NCBI GenBank assembly: GCA_037146675.1
Contig: JBAWWR010000002.1
Span: forward strand, 1 to 58,184
Origin: Verrucomicrobiota bacterium
GTDB taxonomy: Bacteria; Verrucomicrobiota; Verrucomicrobiia; Palsa-1439
Length of the DNA stretch: 58,184 bases
Direction: 5' to 3'
The notes below the pieces were generated by a model. The model searched no databases, was not told where the DNA came from, and saw only the letters and a list, made by a program, of their open reading frames with translations. The translations under genes were made by a program, and so were the position numbers. Below are positions 52,314-58,184 of this stretch, piece after piece. The stretch's first letter is position 1. Each line of letters opens with the position of its first letter.

Positions 52314-53450
52314 ATGAATCGAATTGGTGTTTTACAAATTATCGACACGTTGGATGCCGGCGGTTTGGAGCGTGTGGCTGTGAATGTGGCGAATCATTTG
52401 CCGGGCGATTGGTACCGGAGCCATCTCTGCACGACGCGGGCGGAGGGAACATTGGCGGAATTGGTGGCGCCGCACGTGCAGCGGTTGCGGTTGACGCGGA
52501 GAGGGCGTTTCGACCGGCACGCGCTGCGGCATTTGGCGAAGTACATCCGGGCGCACGACATTCGGATTTTGCACGCGCATGGTAGTTCGTTGTTCATCGC
52601 GGCGGCGGCGTGCGGGACGCGGGCGGCGGTGGTGTGGCACGATCATTTTGGGCGGTATGCGACGGAACAACGACCGGCGTGGTTGTATTGGCTGGCAACC
52701 CGGCGGGTCGCGGGAGTGATTGCGGTGAACCAGCCGCTGGCGGATTGGTCGCGGCGGCGGTTGCGGGTAGCGGCGGAGCGGGTGTGGTATCTGCCAAATT
52801 TCGTTTGCGAGCCGGCGCCGGAACAGGCGGCGGTGGAATTGCCGGGGCGCGCGGGATTGCGGGTGGTTTGCGTGGCGAACTTGCGGCCGGAGAAGGACCA
52901 TTTGAATTTATTGGAGGCGATGCGGTTAGTGGTGCGCGAAGTGCCGGCGGCGCATTTGTTGTTGGTTGGGCTAGCGGATAATGCGGACTACCGGAGGCGA
53001 GTGCTGGAGGCGATGCGGCAGTCGGAGTTAGTGGGGCGGGTGACGTGGTTGGGGGCGCGCCCGGACGTGAGCGCAGTGTTGCGCGGGTCGGATATCGGGG
53101 TGTTGAGTTCGGCGTCGGAGGGGTTGCCACTGTCGTTGCTGGAATACGGGATGCATGCATTACCGGCGGTGGCGACACGGGTTGGTCAATGTGCAGAAGT
53201 TCTCGACGATGGTCGGGCTGGATTGCTGGTGCCGTCTAGCGCGCCACAAGCACTGGCGGCGGCCCTCGTTGCACTCTTGCGGTCGTCGCTGCAACAACGG
53301 CAGCGGTTGGGGCAGGCGTTTCAGCAACGGGTACGGCACAAGTACAGCAGTGAATGCGTAATGCGGGAGTTGTGCGGGATTTACCGGGCGGTATTGCCGG
53401 CAAGCGGGTCGCACGTGGAAGCAGTGATGGAATGCGGAGGAGTGGCGTGA
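52314..53450 (+). CDS. GT4 glycosyltransferase
   Basis: Contains IGVLQIIDTLDAGGLERV and SASEGLPLSLLEYGMHALPAVATRVG. Confidence 0.85.
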   Translation: MNRIGVLQIIDTLDAGGLERVAVNVANHLPGDWYRSHLCTTRAEGTLAELVAPHVQRLRLTRRGRFDRHALRHLAKYIRAHDIRILHAHGSSLFIAAAACGTRAAVVWHDHFGRYATEQRPAWLYWLATRRVAGVIAVNQPLADWSRRRLRVAAERVWYLPNFVCEPAPEQAAVELPGRAGLRVVCVANLRPEKDHLNLLEAMRLVVREVPAAHLLLVGLADNADYRRRVLEAMRQSELVGRVTWLGARPDVSAVLRGSDIGVLSSASEGLPLSLLEYGMHALPAVATRVGQCAEVLDDGRAGLLVPSSAPQALAAALVALLRSSLQQRQRLGQAFQQRVRHKYSSECVMRELCGIYRAVLPASGSHVEAVMECGGVA

Positions 53451-54502
53451 TGAATGCAAATCCACGCCGGGCGGTTTTGTTGGTGGGGAATTTTCTATCG
53501 GGCGATGGCGGGTCGCGCGGCGTTTGCGAGGAATTGGCCGAGCGTTTGGCAATGGCGGGATGGGCGGTGTTGACGGCCTCGAACAAACGGAATTGCCTGT
53601 ACCGGTTGGCGCACATGGTGCGGACGGTTTATGCGCGCCGGCAGGATTACGATGTGGCCCATGTGGATGTGTACAGCGGTCGGGCGTTTTTCTGGGCCGA
53701 AGCGGTCTGCACGAGTTTGCGGCAGGTGGGTAAACCATTTGTGCTGACATTGCATGGCGGACATCTGCCAGAGTTTGCGGAGCGTTGGCCGGCGCGGGTT
53801 CGGCATTTATTGCGGTCCGCCAAGGTAGTAACGACGCCGTCACCGTATCTGCAGAAAACTATGCAGGCGTATCGAGCTAATTTGCGGTTGGTGCCGAATG
53901 CGATTGATCTGTCGCGGTACCGGTTCCGGCAGCGGGATCATCTGCCGCCGAGTTTGGTTTGGTTGCGGGCCTTTCACGCGATTTACAATCCGATGTTGGG
54001 GCCGAAGGTGCTCAAGCTATTGTCGCTGCGATTTCCGACGGTGCGGTTGGTAATGGTCGGGCCGGATAAAGGGGATGGCAGTATCGGACTCACGCAACAG
54101 GTGGCCCGGCAGCTCGGCGTGGACAGCAAACTCTGCTTGCCGGGTGGTGTGGCGAAGGCGGCCGTGCCGGCGTGGTTGGAACGCGGCGAGTTTTTCTTGA
54201 ACACGACGAACGTGGACAACACGCCGGTCAGCGTGCTGGAGGCGATGGCGTGTGGGTTGTGCGTGGTCAGCACCGACGTCGGCGGGTTGCCGCATTTGTT
54301 GGAGCACGAACGAGATGCGTTGTTGGTGCCGCCGAATAATGCGGAGGCGATGGCGGCGGCAGTTACCAGACTCCTGACGAACCCGCAGCTGTGCGCGCAG
54401 TTGTCGCGCAATGCGCGAGCGAAGGCGGAACGGCATGACTGGTCCATGGTGTTGCCGGAATGGGAGGCGTTGCTCAGCTCAGTCGCTAGCAACGGAAACT
54501 AA
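53450..54502 (+). CDS. GT4 glycosyltransferase
   Basis: Contains VLLVGNFLSGDGGSRGVCEELA and NVDNTPVSVLEAMACGLCVVSTDVGG. The ATG overlaps the upstream stop (GTGATGA). Confidence 0.85.
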   Translation: MNANPRRAVLLVGNFLSGDGGSRGVCEELAERLAMAGWAVLTASNKRNCLYRLAHMVRTVYARRQDYDVAHVDVYSGRAFFWAEAVCTSLRQVGKPFVLTLHGGHLPEFAERWPARVRHLLRSAKVVTTPSPYLQKTMQAYRANLRLVPNAIDLSRYRFRQRDHLPPSLVWLRAFHAIYNPMLGPKVLKLLSLRFPTVRLVMVGPDKGDGSIGLTQQVARQLGVDSKLCLPGGVAKAAVPAWLERGEFFLNTTNVDNTPVSVLEAMACGLCVVSTDVGGLPHLLEHERDALLVPPNNAEAMAAAVTRLLTNPQLCAQLSRNARAKAERHDWSMVLPEWEALLSSVASNGN

Positions 54503-54515
54503 CATCGGACATCCG

Positions 54516-55922
54516 TTGGAAAAACTTTATCCGCACGTGCCGGTCTGGATGCAGAACGTGGGCATCTCGATGTACGGGTTGATGTACCGGCGCGAACGGC
54601 TTGGCGGCGGTTTTGAGCGGCACGTGGCCGGGTTCAACGCGCGCGACAAGTGGAGCGTGGAGCGAATGCGGGATTATGTGGATGGCGAATTGCGGCGGGT
54701 GCTGGTACGGGCGTTTGAGCAAGTGCCGTATTACCAGCGGCTTTGGCAGGCGGCCGGTATCACCCGCGCCGAGCTGCAACGGATGACTCAGGCTGACTTG
54801 CCGAAGTTGCCGGTGACACCGAAGCGGGATTTGCGGGCGGCACCGGAAGATTTTGTAGCGCGGGATGTTGCTGGGCGGCGTGAGTTGCACCGGTACTACA
54901 GCAGTGGCAGCACCGGCACGCCGGTGGTGTCTGTGTGCACGGCAGAAGATCATCGGCGCTACATCGCGGCGCGCGAAGTGCGGTCGTTTGGCTGGGCCGG
55001 TTCGAGCGTGCGCCGGCCACGGTCGATGATTGGGGGGCGGTTGGTGGTGCCGCGTGGGGTTGCGCGGCCGCCGTTTTACCGGCGCAACTGGGCGGAACGA
55101 CAGGTGTATTTCTCCGCGTACCACATTGCGCCGGACCATGTGGCCGATTATGTGGCCGGGTTTCACCGGTACCGGCCGCGGTTGTTGACGGGATATGCGT
55201 ACTCGCACTACTTGCTGGCGCGGATGATGACGGAGCAGGGAATGGCGCTGGATTATGTGCCGGACGCGGCGGTGTTGGGGAGCGAGAAGTTGACGCCACC
55301 AATGAAACGTGTGATCCAGCGCGCGTTTGGCGCACGGGCGTATGAGGAATATGGGGCGGTGGAGAATTGCATGTTGGCCACGGAGTGTGAGCGCGGCCGG
55401 TTGCACGTGAGTCCTGATTTTGGAGTGTTGGAATTGGCGGATGAAGCAGGTTTACCGGTGAAGCCGGGTGTTGAGGGACGCGTGCTGTGTACGTCGTTGG
55501 TCAGCGAGGCGCAGCCGTTGATCCGGTATGAAGTTGGAGATGCCGGGATTTGGTCGGCGGCAGGGTGTGCTTGCGGGCGGGATCAGTTACCGGTGTTACA
55601 GGAAATTGTGGGTCGCCTCGAAGACGTCGTTGTGGCGCCTGATGGCCGGGAGCTGGTGCGCTTTCATTGGGTGTTTGTGGATTTGCCGCACGTGCTGGAG
55701 GGACAGGTCGTTCAAGAATCGCTGGATCGGCTCACGTTGAATCTCGTGGTACACCGCGGCTATGGAGCGGCGGAAGAACAGGTGATTCGGGAACGGTTTA
55801 AGCAACGCTTGGGACCGATTCAGCTGGAGATTCGGGTGGTGCCGGAGATTCCGCGCACGGAACGCGGCAAGTTTCGAGCGGTGATTTCGCGGTTGCGGAC
55901 GAAAGGAGTCGGCGATGAGTGA
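54516..55922 (+). CDS. phenylacetate-CoA ligase-like adenylate-forming enzyme (CapK / F390 synthetase family)
   Basis: Contains YYSSGSTGTPV (AMP-binding P-loop-like), YGAVE, YEVGD and a C-terminal RGKFRAV. The start is uncertain: TTG at 54516 (LEKLYPHVPVW...) or ATG at 54549. Confidence 0.8.
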   Translation: MEKLYPHVPVWMQNVGISMYGLMYRRERLGGGFERHVAGFNARDKWSVERMRDYVDGELRRVLVRAFEQVPYYQRLWQAAGITRAELQRMTQADLPKLPVTPKRDLRAAPEDFVARDVAGRRELHRYYSSGSTGTPVVSVCTAEDHRRYIAAREVRSFGWAGSSVRRPRSMIGGRLVVPRGVARPPFYRRNWAERQVYFSAYHIAPDHVADYVAGFHRYRPRLLTGYAYSHYLLARMMTEQGMALDYVPDAAVLGSEKLTPPMKRVIQRAFGARAYEEYGAVENCMLATECERGRLHVSPDFGVLELADEAGLPVKPGVEGRVLCTSLVSEAQPLIRYEVGDAGIWSAAGCACGRDQLPVLQEIVGRLEDVVVAPDGRELVRFHWVFVDLPHVLEGQVVQESLDRLTLNLVVHRGYGAAEEQVIRERFKQRLGPIQLEIRVVPEIPRTERGKFRAVISRLRTKGVGDE

Positions 55923-56949
55923 GTTCGTTTTTGTGAGCGTAATGATTCCTGTCTTCAATGAGGAAAAATTCATCGGGCGTTGTCTTGCCGAGGTGCTGGC
56001 GCAGGATTATCCGGCTGATCGCTTCGAGGTGCTCGTGGCTGATGGAATGTCCACCGACCGTACGCGGGAAATTGTGCAGTCAATCCAAGCGGTGCATTCA
56101 AAGGTGCGCTTGATTGATAATCCGAAGCGAATTGTGTCGAGCGGTCTGAACCGGGCGTTAGCGGAAGCACGCGGTGAGATTGTTGTGCGGTTGGATGGAC
56201 ACTGTGAATATCCGCAGGACTACATCCGGCGGGTGGTGGAGTTGCGGGAGCGGTTGGGATCGGATAGCGCCGGCGGCGTGCTGGAGCCGGTTGGCGCCGG
56301 GTATGTGCAACGGGCGATTGCGGTGGCGTATTCTTCGCCGGTGGGTTTGGCGAGTTCGGCGCTAAAGGCGACGCGAGCGGCTGATGCGGTACGGGAAGTG
56401 GATTCGGTGCATGGTGGTTGTTGGAAACGCGAGCGATTGCTGGCGGTTGGCGGTTTTGATGAGGAGATGGTGCGGAATCAGGATGACGAGCTGAGTTTTC
56501 GTTTGCGGCATTCCGGTGGGCAGATTTTTCAGAGTTTGGCGATTCGGGTGCGGTATCACGTGCGGAATAGTTTTCAGAAATTACTGCTCCAGTTTTTGCA
56601 GTACGGCTACTGGAAGGTGCGCGTGGTGCGCAAGCATCCGCGGCAGGCAAGCGTCCGGCATTTTGTACCGGCGGCGTTTGTGTTGGCGGTGAGCGGCGGA
56701 TTGGTGGCGGCATTATTTTCGAGCGAGGCGCGGTGGGGCGCTGGTTTGTTGGTGGGCGTTTATCTGGCGGCAATTGGCGTGGCGGCATTGCCGCAGTTGT
56801 GGTCGGGGGAGAAAAAGTTATGGCCGGGGATTGTGCTGGCGGTGGTGGTCATGCACGTCGGTTACGGAGCCGGATTTTTGCTGAGTTGCTTACAGGAATG
56901 GCAAGGGGCGGTGCCGGTGAGTGGCGTATTCAAGCGGAGTAGCCGGTGA
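55915..56949 (+). CDS. GT2 glycosyltransferase with C-terminal transmembrane helices
   Basis: Contains VSVMIPVFNEEKFI, VLVADGMSTD, VRLDGH and QDDELSF, followed by hydrophobic C-terminal segments. Confidence 0.85.
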   Translation: MSEFVFVSVMIPVFNEEKFIGRCLAEVLAQDYPADRFEVLVADGMSTDRTREIVQSIQAVHSKVRLIDNPKRIVSSGLNRALAEARGEIVVRLDGHCEYPQDYIRRVVELRERLGSDSAGGVLEPVGAGYVQRAIAVAYSSPVGLASSALKATRAADAVREVDSVHGGCWKRERLLAVGGFDEEMVRNQDDELSFRLRHSGGQIFQSLAIRVRYHVRNSFQKLLLQFLQYGYWKVRVVRKHPRQASVRHFVPAAFVLAVSGGLVAALFSSEARWGAGLLVGVYLAAIGVAALPQLWSGEKKLWPGIVLAVVVMHVGYGAGFLLSCLQEWQGAVPVSGVFKRSSR

Positions 56950-56990
56950 TGGTTGCGAGGAGCGGTTCGTGGTCCGATGGTGCAAAGAAA

Positions 56991-57024
56991 CGGGCCGGCA
57001 ACTCTGGTAAGAATCGCCGGCCCG
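56991..57024 (-). terminator. candidate intrinsic terminator between convergent genes
   Basis: CGGGCCGGC-15 nt-GCCGGCCCG (9-bp GC stem). On the - strand it is followed by TTTCTTT, which fits termination of the surface-protein gene. Confidence 0.5.
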
Positions 57025-57045
57025 TGGGGTGGATCGCTGCGGTTG

Positions 57046-58184
57046 TTATTTTTCGACGAGCGCAATCCTTTGATCGTTTGCGATGAGGATGCGATCGAGT
57101 TTTACGTTGGCGTCGCGCGTTTGGAATGTGATCGTATGAAGACCACTGGTGAGAGCAAATGTTCGCGGGTTAAGGTTCAACGGCGCAATATTATTGCGGC
57201 CATTGACAACCGCCCACTGCCATGTCGAGGAGGCGGTCGAGTACGCGGCATCGAAGATGTCGGGAGTCTCGCCATCCACCGAGACGAGGAACGATTCGCT
57301 CGTCGAACCGCTGGCGATCACGCGACACCAAATGACGTAGGTGCCGGCAACGGGGATATCCACGTTGAACGTGGCGCTACCTTGGTTCACAATGGGAGAG
57401 TAGATGTAATCCCCATCGGTTGCGGTGACATCCTGCACAGCCGCCATCGGTGCGACGACTGTGCCGGTATCAACCTCCACCGAGAGGTACACCAATTGAT
57501 TGGTTGCCATGAGCTGATTGACGGCCAGCGCGAAGCTGGTCACGGCGGGGGTGCTACCGGCAGTAGCCGTGACTGTAATTGTCGCAATGCCGGCCTGGTT
57601 GGTTGCCGGTGTGACGGTGACGGTGCGGCTGGTGCCGCTGCCGGCAAAGACGATATTGCCGTTCGGGACCAACGTTGGATTGGAAGAACTCCCCGCAAAT
57701 GTCAGTCGGCTGGTTGTACTGCCTTTACCAGTGATGGTGAAGGACAGCGGAGCGGTCGCGGTGTTGCCCTCGATGATTTGATCGGGAATGGTGGAGATTG
57801 CCAGCGCACCGCTCGTTGTGACAGCGTTGACGGTCAGCGTGAAGGTGGTGCTGGCCGCGAGCGCGCCATCGCTGACGGTCACGGTGATTGTGGCGGTCCC
57901 GGTCTGACTGGTTGCCGGCGTGACGGTGACGGTGCGACTGGCGGTGCTGCCACCGAGGACGATATTAGCAGTCGGCACGAGGGTCGGATTGGACGAGGCA
58001 GCCGTGACGGTCAAGCTACCGACGGCGGTCTGAGCGTCGCCGACCGTGAAGGCGAGCGGCGCGGTGGAGCTACCGGCGGTGATGATTTGATTGGCGATGC
58101 TAGTAATTGTCGGGGCGGTGTTAGGCGGGGCGTTGACGGTCAGCGTGAAGGTGGTGCTGGCCGCGAGCGCGCCATCGCTGACGG
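57046..58184 (-). CDS. large cell-surface repeat protein, C-terminal part (Ig-like repeats plus a C-terminal beta-sandwich/CBM-like domain); N-terminus is beyond the right edge
   Basis: The frame is open from the window edge to the stop at 57046-57048. The track start at 58014 is only an internal TTG, and translation upstream continues the repeat: ...TFTLTVNAPPNTAPTITSIANQIITAGSSTAPLAFTVGDAQTAVGSL-TVTAASSNPTLVP... The repeats are about 102 aa (..SSNPTLVP..NIV..GS..SRTVTVTPA..Q.G.ATITVT...F.L.VN). The last roughly 160 aa (…GTYVIWCRVIA...FLVSVDG...WQW...HTITFQTRDANVKLDRILI) look like a galactose-binding/CBM-type domain. Confidence 0.85.
   Translation of the reverse strand, partial: VSDGALAASTTFTLTVNAPPNTAPTITSIANQIITAGSSTAPLAFTVGDAQTAVGSLTVTAASSNPTLVPTANIVLGGSTASRTVTVTPATSQTGTATITVTVSDGALAASTTFTLTVNAVTTSGALAISTIPDQIIEGNTATAPLSFTITGKGSTTSRLTFAGSSSNPTLVPNGNIVFAGSGTSRTVTVTPATNQAGIATITVTATAGSTPAVTSFALAVNQLMATNQLVYLSVEVDTGTVVAPMAAVQDVTATDGDYIYSPIVNQGSATFNVDIPVAGTYVIWCRVIASGSTSESFLVSVDGETPDIFDAAYSTASSTWQWAVVNGRNNIAPLNLNPRTFALTSGLHTITFQTRDANVKLDRILIANDQRIALVEK
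57824..58184. repeat. intragenic tandem repeat, period 306 nt
   Basis: The 55-nt string gcgttgacggtcagcgtgaaggtggtgctggccgcgagcgcgccatcgctgacgg occurs identically at 57824-57878 and 58130-58184. The surrounding sequence is also similar, and a more diverged third unit lies at about 57.5 kb. Confidence 0.85.

Noticed and set aside
1-58184. CRISPR arrays, IS elements/transposases, integrases, prophage or known defence-system genes (RM, TA, Cas, retron RT, etc.).
   Set aside because: Reading the ORF translations and intergenic DNA revealed no short regularly spaced repeats, transposase or integrase motifs, reverse transcriptase, or typical defence domains. The only tandem repeat is intragenic, in the surface protein.

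Overview
High-GC (roughly 60%), very gene-dense bacterial chromosomal segment. Genes run almost entirely on the + strand from 5.5 kb to 57 kb, often with 4-nt ATGA/GTGA stop-start overlaps. The taxon cannot be fixed from sequence alone. The GH57-rich alpha-glucan cluster, single-cytochrome-b succinate dehydrogenase and giant Ig-repeat surface protein are reminiscent of Verrucomicrobiota/Planctomycetota, but that is inference only.

Layout:
1. 1-16.4 kb, mostly housekeeping: two esterases, a CE4 deacetylase, an orphan double-domain ABC permease, manA-like, ftsK, sdhCAB, ispD, ispF, cysS, ogg-like, mpl and tRNA-Glu(CUC).
2. 16.9-23.0 kb, a translationally coupled four-gene signalling operon: REC; CheB-PAS-HisKA_2 kinase; REC-PAS-HisKA_3 kinase; NarL-type regulator.
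3. 23.5-33.2 kb, an alpha-glucan (glycogen) cluster: ACT-like protein, GT4 synthase-like, CBM48, glgB, two GH57 genes, a GlgE-like GH13 core and glgP.
4. 33.2-41.8 kb, a second signalling cluster with paralogues of block 2, plus a kinase paired with a REC-PP2C phosphatase, a DUF2934 protein and stand-alone REC genes.
5. 41.8-42.4 kb, a compact small transcription unit with a long structured leader.
6. 42.7-56.9 kb, a 12-gene exopolysaccharide operon of Wzx/Wzy type.
7. 57.0 kb to the end, the C-terminal part of a large repeat-containing surface protein on the - strand.

I saw no CRISPR array, IS/transposase, integrase, phage gene, rRNA or recognisable defence system.

The most interesting signal is not a gene. 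An invariant 9-mer, GTCCGATTG, occurs six times and only in intergenic DNA. In five copies a CCTAGG/CCTACA hexamer sits exactly 16 nt upstream. The copies lie in front of the glycogen operon, several response-regulator genes, the DUF2934 gene and a small ORF, plus one orphan divergent copy. This looks like the signature of an uncharacterised regulon (alternative-sigma promoter or operator).

Secondary points:
- a 23-bp (extendable to about 31-bp) strand-specific RNA helix in a 5' leader
- a CheB-domain kinase lacking CheR and carrying an H-box that reads HC instead of HH/xH
- a GlgM/GlgE-like route inside the glycogen cluster
- a kinase plus REC-PP2C pair resembling RsbK/RsbY
- several degenerate or odd EPS genes
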